A stretch of DNA of 62,983 bases from Lentimonas sp. (GTDB taxonomy: Bacteria > Pseudomonadota > Alphaproteobacteria > Rickettsiales > UBA1997): positions 1 to 62,983 of the forward strand of contig JBLHVR010000001.1 of assembly GCA_047628655.1 (NCBI GenBank), given 5' to 3'. The notes beneath the pieces were generated by a model that was not told the origin of the DNA, made no database searches, and worked only from the letters and a program-made list of their open reading frames with translations. Shown piece after piece: positions 30,289 to 39,483 of this stretch (the first letter of the stretch is position 1; each line of letters begins with the position of its first letter). Both the position numbers and the translations under genes were made by a program.

Positions 30289-30546
30289 TTATTCCAATGG
30301 TTTTATTTTATTTAGCGGCTTTCCTTCTACTGCCAACTGCCAATCTTTTAACAACTCTTCCTTATGTTCATCGAACCAATCAAGAACTGCTCTTAGAGCC
30401 CTCTTCGGAAAATGACCCTTGACTACTCCAGTTTTTATTTCAACAGAAATTGAATATTTCCCATATTCTGCATGAAAATGTGGAGGGCTGTGTTCATCGT
30501 AATAAATGTAAATTACAATTCCAAGAAAACGACTTATTTCGGGCAT
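30289..30546 (-). CDS. DUF4160 family protein
   Basis: 85 aa with MPEISRFLGIVIYIYYDEHSPPHFHAEYG, the hallmark DUF4160 N-terminus. 2-nt gap to the DUF2442 gene. Confidence 0.85.
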   Translation of the reverse strand: MPEISRFLGIVIYIYYDEHSPPHFHAEYGKYSISVEIKTGVVKGHFPKRALRAVLDWFDEHKEELLKDWQLAVEGKPLNKIKPLE

Positions 30547-30644
30547 TTTATGGTAAATTCTAGGTTAATATTTGGGTGATATTTAAGAATGATGGAATTA
30601 TGCTGATCTTTCTTTTTTAATCAAGGATCAAAGTCTCTAAAATA

Positions 30645-31259
30645 ATGAAAAAATTTATCACTTTTGAAGGGGTTGAAGGCAGTGGAAAATCGACTCAAAC
30701 CAAAATTCTTAAGCAATATTTTGATGATCAGAAAATTTCCGCAATTTTAACGCGTGAACCTGGTGGAACAAAGGTTGCAGAAGATATTAGGTCAATTTTA
30801 ATTGGCGGAGATGTGGATAAAATGGATGGAGTTTGCGAAACATTGCTCAATTTTGCTGCTAGAAGAAACCACATTGAAAAACTTATTAAACCTTCTCTAG
30901 CAAAAGATGAAATCGTTATTTGCGATCGTTTTTTTGACTCCACAATTGCCTATCAAAGCTTTGGACAAGATGTTGATTTAAAAATTATTAACAACATTCA
31001 AGAATCTGCAATTGGCAATTTTGCACCCGACATTACTTTTTTAATTGATGTTGATGTTGATGTTTCTTTTGAGCGGATTAAACTTCGGGCCGACAATAAC
31101 CGCTACGAAAAAATGGATCGAGTATTTCATCAAAAAGTTCGCCAAGGTTTTCTACAAATTGCTCAAGAAAATCCACAACGAATTGTTGTCATAAATGGAA
31201 GTCAAAGCATTGATAAAATTCATCAGGAAATTTTAACTGCACTTTCTCAAAGCAAATAA
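30645..31259 (+). CDS. tmk: Thymidylate kinase
   Basis: FITFEGVEGSGKSTQ P-loop, REPGGT, DRFFDST. Confidence 0.93.
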   Translation: MKKFITFEGVEGSGKSTQTKILKQYFDDQKISAILTREPGGTKVAEDIRSILIGGDVDKMDGVCETLLNFAARRNHIEKLIKPSLAKDEIVICDRFFDSTIAYQSFGQDVDLKIINNIQESAIGNFAPDITFLIDVDVDVSFERIKLRADNNRYEKMDRVFHQKVRQGFLQIAQENPQRIVVINGSQSIDKIHQEILTALSQSK

Positions 31260-31288
31260 TAACTTAAAAATAACCTCCAATAAAACTT

Positions 31289-32074
31289 ATGAAAGACAAT
31301 AATATTTTCCTAAAATTCACCGTATCACTTTTGTTACTTTGCTTTGTAGTAACTTCATTTTGCTTTGCAACTCTGGCAATCCAATCTGGAAATAAAACCA
31401 GCAAACCCAAAAGCAACATTACAATTACAGCTATTGGAGAAGCCGAAGTGGAATCAGTTCCAGACATCGCCCACATCAACCTAACCATTGAAGATCAAGA
31501 TTTGGAAACTGCACTAGCTCAAGAGAAAATTAACAATAAAGCCAAAAAACTTGCTGTAAAATTAGAAAAAATGGGAATTGATGAAAAAGATATTGTCTCA
31601 ACATCTTACCAAGTAGCACCAAAATATGAGTCGGTAATACAGGAATGTCGAAAAGATTATTGTCCATCTAAATATAAAATTGTTGGCTACAAAGCTTCTC
31701 AACAAATTAAAATTAAAATTCGCAAAATTGATCTAACTGGAAAAGTTGTAAGTGCCATTGGAAAAATTGGTATTAACAAAATTTCTGGCCCCAATTTTGA
31801 AGTTTCCGATGATGAAAAGTTTAAATCTCAAGCCAGAATATTGGCAATAAAAAATGCCAAACATAAGGCCATAGAAATTGCCCAAGCACTAGAAATGGAA
31901 TTAGGAGAAATTGTCAAATTTAATGAGAATAACAATAATCTTTATCAACGCAGAGCGCCAATGGCAATGTCCAAAATGGCCAGCTTTGATGATCAAGAAT
32001 CTGAGCCAGCCAAATTATTTAATGGTGAAAAAATCATCAAATCAAAAGTAACCATTATTTATTCTTTGAAGTAA
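31289..32074 (+). CDS. SIMPL/DUF541 family periplasmic protein
   Basis: 261 aa with a signal-anchor. The pattern ...ITAIGEAEVESVPDIAHINLTIE... then ISGPNFEVSD is typical of SIMPL domain proteins. Confidence 0.75.
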   Translation: MKDNNIFLKFTVSLLLLCFVVTSFCFATLAIQSGNKTSKPKSNITITAIGEAEVESVPDIAHINLTIEDQDLETALAQEKINNKAKKLAVKLEKMGIDEKDIVSTSYQVAPKYESVIQECRKDYCPSKYKIVGYKASQQIKIKIRKIDLTGKVVSAIGKIGINKISGPNFEVSDDEKFKSQARILAIKNAKHKAIEIAQALEMELGEIVKFNENNNNLYQRRAPMAMSKMASFDDQESEPAKLFNGEKIIKSKVTIIYSLK

Positions 32075-33636
32075 TTGGCCAATTGATTAATAGTTTCTGC
32101 AGAAAAATCATCTAATAAAGATTTTTCTATTTCCTCTTCAACCGAAGATTCTAAACTCTGGTTCTTAAACAAAATTTCCTGCGCTTTTTTAATTTCTTCC
32201 AAATCTGAATTTGTAAAATAATCAGCCACAATTTGCCATTTTTCTAAAGAAATTTTAAAGCCATTTTCATTTAAAGTTTGAACTGCAAAATCACTTAATT
32301 TAACCGCAATATTCAACTGCAAACTTTGCACCTGACCCATAGGAGAAGTTAAATTAATTTCATTAATGGCGTAACGCAAAGCACCATCAATACCTTTAGT
32401 TAAAAGCGCATCAGCTCCAATAATTGGATATTTCTTGAAAATTTCAATTCTTTTTAAGAAATTTAAAGTTTTAAGTAATCCGTAAAGAGCTTGGGTTTTA
32501 TCCGCATCAGCGCCATCTTTAGCCATCTCATCAATCCCTTTTTTACTAAGATTGTAATGCTTAAACAGACTTTCTGCGTGACCACCATGATGAAAATTAT
32601 TGGCGCCAAATTTAGCAAAATCTGGGTTAACTCGCACAAAAATATCTTGTAATTCTCCTGCGCAAAAAAGAATTCTTAAATCTCCTTCATCTGCCCTAGT
32701 TGCTCTTTCTTGAATAATAATTTCAGGCAAAAAGGCCAAATTCTCATTGCCACTTTTTTGGCAATCTTCTCTTAAAGCTAGAAAGGACTTAACAACGTTT
32801 TGAACCGCTGAGTTAAAATCTAGAACTTGATTTTTAGCCACCACAATTCCAGTTCCACCAAAATAATTTAACGGCTTAATAATTGAATCATTATCTAAAT
32901 ATTGGTGAAAATCTAAATATTCCGAAACGCCCTTCTGAAAAATATTAAATTCATCTGCAAATAATTTCTCCGCCTGTTTAAGATCACCAATTTTCAATAA
33001 ATTGTGGAACTGAAAAATTTGCGCAGCGCTTAAATTCTCATTGCTAATTTTAACAATTTTAGTTTTGAGGCTAATTTCATTTTCACCTTTTCCAAACTTA
33101 ACATTTTTAAGTAAATCAATACCTGCAAATGCTTCATTTTGATGAATTAAGTGAATGGCCAACTTGTCACCAAAAATCTTATTTAAGAAAGGATCAGGTA
33201 AAATATTAAGACCAAATTTCTGCCATTTAATTAAAGTTTCATAAAATTCACTACTTAAAGAAACCGGTTCAGCACGATTAAAAATTGGCATTTCTTCAAG
33301 GTTAATCTTTTCCAATTTTGCGCCTTCAAGCATAATTTTCGAATCTTCTTTTGCGCTCAAATCGTTAATGGCCAAAAAACAATTTACCACCTGTTTTTTA
33401 AATGATCGGATTATTTTCCGAGTCATTTCCGCTTGGTTGAGATGAAGAATTTTTAATGCAGGAAAATCGTTAATTTTGGAAGAATTAAGATGAAGTTGGC
33501 TTGGAGTGGCAAGAAAAACATCAAAACCCAAACACAATGCTTGGTAAATTAGCAATAAATCATTGGAAGAACCAAAGTCGGACCTTCCTGAAATAACATT
33601 TTTTTCAACAATAAAGAGGATTGATTTCTTGGTCAT
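32059..33636 (-). CDS. Oversized glutathione-synthetase-like ATP-grasp ligase
   Basis: Aligns by eye to E. coli GshB blocks: KPLNYFGGTGIVV (KPLDGMGGASIF), GDLRILFCAGEL (GDKRVLVVDGEP), HHGGHAE (AAGGRGE), INEINLTSPMG (LTEINVTSPTC). At 525-532 aa it is much longer than about 315 aa for GshB. The track start is GTG 33657; the ATG at 33636 lies 2 nt after the upstream ORF stop. Confidence 0.7.
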   Translation of the reverse strand: MTKKSILFIVEKNVISGRSDFGSSNDLLLIYQALCLGFDVFLATPSQLHLNSSKINDFPALKILHLNQAEMTRKIIRSFKKQVVNCFLAINDLSAKEDSKIMLEGAKLEKINLEEMPIFNRAEPVSLSSEFYETLIKWQKFGLNILPDPFLNKIFGDKLAIHLIHQNEAFAGIDLLKNVKFGKGENEISLKTKIVKISNENLSAAQIFQFHNLLKIGDLKQAEKLFADEFNIFQKGVSEYLDFHQYLDNDSIIKPLNYFGGTGIVVAKNQVLDFNSAVQNVVKSFLALREDCQKSGNENLAFLPEIIIQERATRADEGDLRILFCAGELQDIFVRVNPDFAKFGANNFHHGGHAESLFKHYNLSKKGIDEMAKDGADADKTQALYGLLKTLNFLKRIEIFKKYPIIGADALLTKGIDGALRYAINEINLTSPMGQVQSLQLNIAVKLSDFAVQTLNENGFKISLEKWQIVADYFTNSDLEEIKKAQEILFKNQSLESSVEEEIEKSLLDDFSAETINQLANYFKE

Positions 33637-33638
33637 TC

Positions 33639-33893
33639 TTAAATCTGATTTCCACACTCATCTGTAGCACCTTCCTTAAAGGAAACCTTTCTAGCGCCTT
33701 CTTTTCCCGCTTTTAGCTTTGTTGAAGCTTGGGGATTACCCGTATTCACATCTTGCGGCATTGTCACTCCTTTTTGATCTAATGCTTTTTGAGTAGCCTG
33801 AGCTGAAGCGATTACATCCGGACTAATAACTCCGACTTGGTCCCTTCTATGCTTTGAAACCTTCTTTTTTAGCTCTTCGTTACTGTTGTCCAT
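33639..33893 (-). CDS. Small (84 aa) basic, probably disordered protein
   Basis: Good Shine-Dalgarno (taGGAGAttaaaaaATG). Visibly higher G+C than the surroundings. Single Cys in the C-terminal ...ATDECGNQI. The stop is 2 nt from the ATP-grasp ATG. Confidence 0.5.
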   Translation of the reverse strand: MDNSNEELKKKVSKHRRDQVGVISPDVIASAQATQKALDQKGVTMPQDVNTGNPQASTKLKAGKEGARKVSFKEGATDECGNQI

Positions 33894-33999
33894 TTTTTAA
33901 TCTCCTAAATTTATTAATACAACCAAAACAAAATGGCTTGACTGCGCTATCTAGTCAAGTTTAATGTGCTTTCTCAAATAACCTATTAAAAAAATAAAA

Positions 34000-34788
34000 A
34001 TGCCTGAATCATCATCAATAAATGCCATTCTTGCTGCCATTGGAATTGCTCTTGCAACCGCTCCAATTGGGGTTTTTATTTTGTGGAAAAAAATGGCCTA
34101 TTTTGGCGATGCCATTTCTCATTCTTCCTTATTTGGCCTTGCAATTGCAACCATTGCCGCCATTTTACCAATTTACGGAATTTTGGCCTGCGCCCTTGTT
34201 TTTTGCTTGTTAATTTTCTTACTGGAAAAGCAAAATCTTTATTCCTCCGATTCCATCATTGGAATTGTGGCCTGTGTTTTACTTTCCTCTGGAATGATTT
34301 TACTAACATTTTTCCCCAGCGAAATTGACCTTGAAGATTATTTATTTGGCGATTTAAGAAATTTAAGTAACAGCCAAGTTCTTATTATTTATTTTGTAGC
34401 AATTTTAGTTCTAGTCGCAATTTTCATGTGGTTTAAGAAACTTCTACTAACAACAATTAATAAAGATTTAGCACGCATTTCAGGCATTAAAGTTAAAAAA
34501 TTAGAATTACAATTCCTGCTTTTAACCGCTTTAATGGTAGCCAGTTTGGTAAAAATTGTGGGAATTTTCCTCATCACTTCCATCATTTTAATGCCAGCAG
34601 CCATTGCGTGTAATTTTGCCAAAACCCCATCTCAAATGATGTTTCTGGCAATTTTCTTTTCACTAATTTGCGCCATTGGAGGATTATTTTTTGCTACAAT
34701 TTTTGCAATTCCTGCCAGCCCAGCAATTATTACTTTTTCATCCGCACTGTTAATCGCATCAATCATTGGCACAAAAAATGCCCGCTAA
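34000..34788 (+). CDS. znuB: Zinc/manganese ABC transporter permease (ABC-3 family)
   Basis: 262 aa, polytopic, with ZnuB-like blocks (FGDAISHSSLFGLA, DSIIGIV, LARISGIKVK). Confidence 0.82.
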   Translation: MPESSSINAILAAIGIALATAPIGVFILWKKMAYFGDAISHSSLFGLAIATIAAILPIYGILACALVFCLLIFLLEKQNLYSSDSIIGIVACVLLSSGMILLTFFPSEIDLEDYLFGDLRNLSNSQVLIIYFVAILVLVAIFMWFKKLLLTTINKDLARISGIKVKKLELQFLLLTALMVASLVKIVGIFLITSIILMPAAIACNFAKTPSQMMFLAIFFSLICAIGGLFFATIFAIPASPAIITFSSALLIASIIGTKNAR

Positions 34789-35368
34789 AATTGTTCAAAT
34801 TTACACTTTTCCCGAACTTGGAGCTGAGTGGCAAGATGTTATTTTTCAACATACCAAAACCCGAAGCATCCGTATTTCAATTGGCGGAGACTTAAAAATT
34901 AAAGTTAATTTCCCCAAATCTTGCTCGCAAAAAAAAGCTTTAGAATTCTTTGAATCAAAAATTATTTGGGTCAGAAATTCACTGCAAAAAATGCAAATAC
35001 GACTAGAAACTCGTCAAAATATTAAGAAAAATTTACAAAAAGATTTAAATGAAGAGGAAATTCTAGACAAAAAACATTACCTAATTTTACGCTGTCGCCA
35101 GCTGGCAGAAACTCACGGATTTAAAATTGGCAAAGTTGCAATTAGGCAACAAAAAAGTATTTGGGGCAGTTGTTCAACAAAAAACAATATTAGCCTGAAT
35201 TTGAGTTTGGTTTTTTTAAGAGATGAATTAATCGATTACGTAATTTTACACGAACTTGCCCACACTAAAGTTAAAAATCACAGCCCAAGTTTTTGGAAAG
35301 AGGTTGCTAGATTAATGCCTGAATTTAAAAGGCTAGACCGAGAATTGAGAAAATATTCTTTGAGATGA
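34778..35368 (+). CDS. YgjP/DUF45-family metal-dependent hydrolase (M48-like HExxH)
   Basis: WGSCS...NLSL... and ILHELAHTKVKNHSPSFW (HExxH), as in DUF45 proteins. The track start is TTG 34766; the ATG is at 34778. Confidence 0.78.
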   Translation: MPAKIVQIYTFPELGAEWQDVIFQHTKTRSIRISIGGDLKIKVNFPKSCSQKKALEFFESKIIWVRNSLQKMQIRLETRQNIKKNLQKDLNEEEILDKKHYLILRCRQLAETHGFKIGKVAIRQQKSIWGSCSTKNNISLNLSLVFLRDELIDYVILHELAHTKVKNHSPSFWKEVARLMPEFKRLDRELRKYSLR

Positions 35369-35399
35369 AAAAACGCGCCCCACGGGGCGCGTTTTTTTG
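35368..35399. terminator. Bidirectional intrinsic terminator between convergent genes
   Basis: AAAAAA-CGCGCCCC-acg-GGGGCGCG-TTTTTTT. The perfect 8-bp GC stem has an A-run and a T-run on either side. It lies between the YgjP-like stop (TGA 35366-35368) and the nadC stop. Confidence 0.8.
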
Positions 35400-35411
35400 T
35401 TAGGAAAGTTT

Positions 35412-36296
35412 TTAGGAGAAATCAAGTCCAATATCTACAGCCTTAACCGAGTGAGTTAGGGCTCCAATAGAAATAAAATCAACATTTTGTGTGGAAATTT
35501 CTTTGATTCTTCCCAAAGTAATTCCGCCTGAAACCTCAATTTTCGCCTTATTTCCCGCAGCAGAATTAATTATTTTTACTGCACTTTGAATTTGTTGCAA
35601 ACTCATATTATCGAGCATGATGATGTTGGCTTGACACTGCGTGGCTTGTAAAACTTGATCTAAATTGTCGCATTCAACTTCAATTGGCATTTGTAAATTC
35701 TGCTTTAACAAATTTTCTCGTACCATTTTAACGGCATTCTCAATGCTTCCGGCAGCGGCAATGTGATTGTCTTTAATTAAAATTCCATCAAAAAGTGCCA
35801 TGCGATGATTGGTTGCTCCGCCAATTTTAACGGCATATTTTTGCAAAATCCTAAGAGCTGGGAGAGTTTTTCTGGTATCTAGAATTTGGGTTTTTGATGA
35901 TGATGGAATTTGCTCAACATATTGACGCGTAACCGTTGCAATACCGCTTAAATGCTGCATTAAATTCAAAGCCAACCTTTCGGCAGCTAAAATTACTCGC
36001 GCATTACCACTGCCTTGAATTATTGATGTGTTTGTTTCTAAAAACTCTCCATCTTGGTGATTTATTTTAAGATTAACTTTTGGCAATTTTAAGCGCTTCG
36101 CAACATTGCTGAAAATTTGCTCAATAAGATTTGTGCCGCACAAAATTATTGCTTCGCGATTGCTGATTTTAAAATTAATGTTTTTATTTTCAGGAATAGT
36201 GAAATTCGAGGTTAAATCTCCCAACTCTCCCAAATCTTCATCGAGAGCCTGATTTATTATTTGATTTATTTTGTTTTCTATTTCTTTATTTGGCAC
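35412..36296 (-). CDS. nadC: Nicotinate-nucleotide pyrophosphorylase (carboxylating)
   Basis: 294 aa with ALDEDLGELGDLTS, LDTRKTLPALR, KYAVKIGGATNHR, IKDNHI, EVSGGI. Confidence 0.92.
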   Translation of the reverse strand: MPNKEIENKINQIINQALDEDLGELGDLTSNFTIPENKNINFKISNREAIILCGTNLIEQIFSNVAKRLKLPKVNLKINHQDGEFLETNTSIIQGSGNARVILAAERLALNLMQHLSGIATVTRQYVEQIPSSSKTQILDTRKTLPALRILQKYAVKIGGATNHRMALFDGILIKDNHIAAAGSIENAVKMVRENLLKQNLQMPIEVECDNLDQVLQATQCQANIIMLDNMSLQQIQSAVKIINSAAGNKAKIEVSGGITLGRIKEISTQNVDFISIGALTHSVKAVDIGLDFS

Positions 36297-37027
36297 TTTC
36301 TGGGGTCAAAATTCTTTTCTTTAAGGGCGGAAATTCTTTTTCCAATAAAATAACGCATGAAATCCATTTCTTCGACGGAAATTTTTGATGCGCTTGCATC
36401 TTGCAAAATATCCTTAATCACCAAAAATGCACCGCAATCATCTCCCATGTCGGCCTTGATGAAAGCTGGAAATTGTTTGGTCCAGAACGGTGCATTAGGG
36501 TTATTATTTTCACTTAATTTGTAAGCCAACTGCAAGGCCAGATCTTGATCTTTTAAAGTATTTTTAGCAATGTAAAGGGCTTGATAAAGCCACCACCAGT
36601 TTTTATCAATGTCGCGGCTGGCATATTCATCTAAATATTGAACGATGTATTTGGTGTCTGGCTTATTTTGAGTCATTGAATAATAGTTGGCCGCCAAACT
36701 TGGAACATATTTTGATTGAGAATCGAGGCCGTCTAAAATTTTAAACCAATTGTAGAGATCTTGGTAATTGTAATTTTTTAGAGGCGTGAAACGACCAAAA
36801 CTGTCTCCCGCATTTTCAATTTTTAAAGCGTTAAGGCGGAAATAAAATTGTGAATCACCAAAGGAGGAAATTTTTACCAATTGCGCACTTGGGGCTTTTG
36901 GAACGATGTGAATATTTGGTTTAATTTTTTCGGCTTTAAACCAAAAGGCAATTTGACAAGCAAAAAGCAGCAGGAATCCAGAAATAAAGAAACGATGTAG
37001 ATTATTGAAAATTGTAAATCTAGACAT
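36278..37027 (-). CDS. Hypothetical membrane-anchored, helical-repeat-like protein
   Basis: 249 aa with an N-terminal TM (FFISGFLLLFACQIAFWF), then a W/Y-rich soluble domain. Its 3' end overlaps the nadC start by 19 nt. Confidence 0.5.
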   Translation of the reverse strand: MSRFTIFNNLHRFFISGFLLLFACQIAFWFKAEKIKPNIHIVPKAPSAQLVKISSFGDSQFYFRLNALKIENAGDSFGRFTPLKNYNYQDLYNWFKILDGLDSQSKYVPSLAANYYSMTQNKPDTKYIVQYLDEYASRDIDKNWWWLYQALYIAKNTLKDQDLALQLAYKLSENNNPNAPFWTKQFPAFIKADMGDDCGAFLVIKDILQDASASKISVEEMDFMRYFIGKRISALKEKNFDPRKCQIKK

Positions 37028-37036
37028 TTCAGACTG

Positions 37037-37801
37037 TTAGAATTGTTTGCGGTTAAAATCGTACAAAGCCATTAAAACCAACAATGGAATGTAGATTATT
37101 GATTGGGTTAGAATCAGGGTAATTTCGGAATAATCGGTCACTCCGTAAATTAACCACTCACTTTTGGAGAAAAGATCAATTCTTGGAAAAGCTACAGAAA
37201 TGAACTTTAGTACTGCTTTTAAAATACTATCAAGACTGGAAAAATTAGAAGCTGCACTTGGAATTTCAATGGTCAGCACAAAGAATCCCATCATCCGCGA
37301 CATGATGTAAAAACCCAGCGATGCTAAAACCGCAGCAACCGCGCTTTTTAATATTAAAGATGCCAGAAGACAAAAGGTGATGATGATGAAAGTTTCTAGA
37401 ATAACGCTCAAAGACCAATAAAGCAGGCCAATTACGTTGGCTTTCATTAAAAATAGCAGACCAATTAAAGGCAGTATTATTAGCAAAGCCACCAAAATGA
37501 AACCAGAAAGATAGGCTAGAATGAAGCTGTGTCTTGAAATTGATTTAGACAAAATGAACTCAACTTCCCGATGTTCAAAAGATTTGCGCACATAAAAGCA
37601 CACAAAGAGGATCATTCCCACAGCAAAAATTAAACGGGAAGATCCGGCTACATAGGTTAACTTGGCTTGAATCTGCTCAACTAAAACGGTTCCACCAACT
37701 AAAGAAGAAATTCCAAAAGCTGCTAGTAAAATTACGAATAAACCTACATAAAGACGATCTCTAAGTGCGGTTAAAAGAATGTATTTTAAAATTGAATTCA
37801 T
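37037..37801 (-). CDS. Polytopic membrane protein, ABC-2/NosY-like permease topology (no cognate ATPase nearby)
   Basis: 254 aa with about six hydrophobic segments and the spacing typical of ABC-2 permeases. The assignment is weak. Confidence 0.5.
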   Translation of the reverse strand: MNSILKYILLTALRDRLYVGLFVILLAAFGISSLVGGTVLVEQIQAKLTYVAGSSRLIFAVGMILFVCFYVRKSFEHREVEFILSKSISRHSFILAYLSGFILVALLIILPLIGLLFLMKANVIGLLYWSLSVILETFIIITFCLLASLILKSAVAAVLASLGFYIMSRMMGFFVLTIEIPSAASNFSSLDSILKAVLKFISVAFPRIDLFSKSEWLIYGVTDYSEITLILTQSIIYIPLLVLMALYDFNRKQF

Positions 37802-37845
37802 TGTTAGCTAGAAGGCGATTTTAAGAAGAAGAATAAATAGAACTA

Positions 37846-39372
37846 TTAAAAATAAGGTCTAATGCTAGATGATCCTACATTGTGAATATCACGATCATAT
37901 TTTCCAACTCCATCATTAGGACTAATAATTGTTGCTTTAACGAAAATAACCGTTTCCACCATTGATGTGGTTTTAACTGTACTTCTAAATAAATTTCCTA
38001 AGAGAGGAATTCTAGACAGATAAGGAACGCCATTATTTTCATTTTTACTATCTTCAGTCATCACCCCACCAATTACCATTGTGCTGCCATTTTTAATTTT
38101 TCCAATAGTTTGAAGTTCTCTGGTGTCAATGATTGGAATTCTATTGGTTGCCACAACCCGTAATGACAAGTCAGTTTGATTTGGGTCGATCACATTTTCT
38201 GTTAATGTGTCACTTTGAACAGTTAGTAACGGCCTTACATCTAGAGTAATTTCTCCGCGGACCAAATCAATCGAAGGGGTGATGGTTAATTGAACTCCCG
38301 TTAATTCTTCATTAATGGTAGTTTCAAGAGCAGAATTAGTAACAGTAGTGTCGGAACCGCCAGTTCCAGTGGTATCACTACTAAGCTCGAAAGTTAAATA
38401 TGGCACCTTTTTGGTAAAATTTAGAGTCGCAGGCTGATTATTTAAGGCATTTATTCTTGGGCTAGATATGGCCTTAGTTTCACCAAATTTTTCTAAAGCG
38501 TTAATGGTTGCCGTAAGACCCCTGCCAAATAAAGCGGTTTCTGGAATAATTGCCGTGAGATAAGGGCTTCCAGCTAACGCATCTCCAGTTATGATTCCAG
38601 CGCCATCATTCCAATTCCAGTCAATTCCAGTTTGATATTCATCGGCCAACTTAACCTCAACAACTTTAGCTTCAATCAAGACTTGAGCAGAAGCATTCTT
38701 GCGAACCCATTTTAAATATTCAGCAACTTTTTGTTGATCTACACTATTGGCAAAAACAGTAACAATGTTGGCTAATTTATTTGAAGAAACTGAGCCACCT
38801 GCAGAATCAGTTCCAAGCAATTCGCCAATATTATCTTCAACTTCACTCCAAAGATTGTCTTCAATTAGAAAATTGACCTGATAATTTGTAGCAAAAGGAA
38901 GATCTCGCTTAATATTCAAAACACCATTTTCCAAGCTGTAGCGAAGTTCTGCCATTTTACAAATACGGTCTAAAACTTGTGTTAAAGGACGATTATTGGC
39001 GTTAATAATAACTCCTCCACTAATTCTGGGATCTAGATCTAGATCTAGATTTGCGGAGCGCGCCAACTCAATTAAAACATCTTTAAGGTCAATATCTTCA
39101 CCCACAGAAATTGAAACTAATTTGTTAGCCCTTTTTTGCGGCAAAGTTGGAATGGCAATAATTCTGGAAGATGTAGGAATTGCAGCAAAACTAGGGGCAT
39201 TTTTGGTTTTAGAAGAATCATCTTTTTTTGCAGATCTACCGCCATACATCAATGTTTCTAGATCATTTCTGGTTGTTCCAGTTTTGCGATCAATGGGGTC
39301 AAGATTATCATTAATACAGCCTGTCAACAAGGAAAGCAGCGCAAAAATTACCAACAAGGACTTTAGCTTCAT
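37846..39372 (-). CDS. Secretin-family outer-membrane channel, lipoprotein form (GspD/PilQ/MshL-like)
   Basis: Lipobox LLSLLTGC after MKLKSLLVIFA. C-terminal secretin domain: AISSPRINALNNQPATL...IPIIDTRELQTIGKIKNGSTMVIGG...GVPYLSRIPLLGNLFR...ETVIFVKATII. The track start of 39417 is probably too long. Confidence 0.85.
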   Translation of the reverse strand: MKLKSLLVIFALLSLLTGCINDNLDPIDRKTGTTRNDLETLMYGGRSAKKDDSSKTKNAPSFAAIPTSSRIIAIPTLPQKRANKLVSISVGEDIDLKDVLIELARSANLDLDLDPRISGGVIINANNRPLTQVLDRICKMAELRYSLENGVLNIKRDLPFATNYQVNFLIEDNLWSEVEDNIGELLGTDSAGGSVSSNKLANIVTVFANSVDQQKVAEYLKWVRKNASAQVLIEAKVVEVKLADEYQTGIDWNWNDGAGIITGDALAGSPYLTAIIPETALFGRGLTATINALEKFGETKAISSPRINALNNQPATLNFTKKVPYLTFELSSDTTGTGGSDTTVTNSALETTINEELTGVQLTITPSIDLVRGEITLDVRPLLTVQSDTLTENVIDPNQTDLSLRVVATNRIPIIDTRELQTIGKIKNGSTMVIGGVMTEDSKNENNGVPYLSRIPLLGNLFRSTVKTTSMVETVIFVKATIISPNDGVGKYDRDIHNVGSSSIRPYF

Positions 39373-39483
39373 TGAAATTTTTTTAGGTAAGATTGTCATT
39401 ATTGACATTAAGCGCAATTTGTAGGTAAAATTTAGGTTTTAAAAACCCTACGATTGTACAAAACAAAAATCTTAAATCAATGC

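Noticed and set aside
30547-30644. Glycine riboswitch upstream of the DUF4160-DUF2442-gcvPB unit
   Set aside because: No GGAGAG...CACCG...CTCAGG-like conserved cores are present on the minus strand of this AT-rich spacer.
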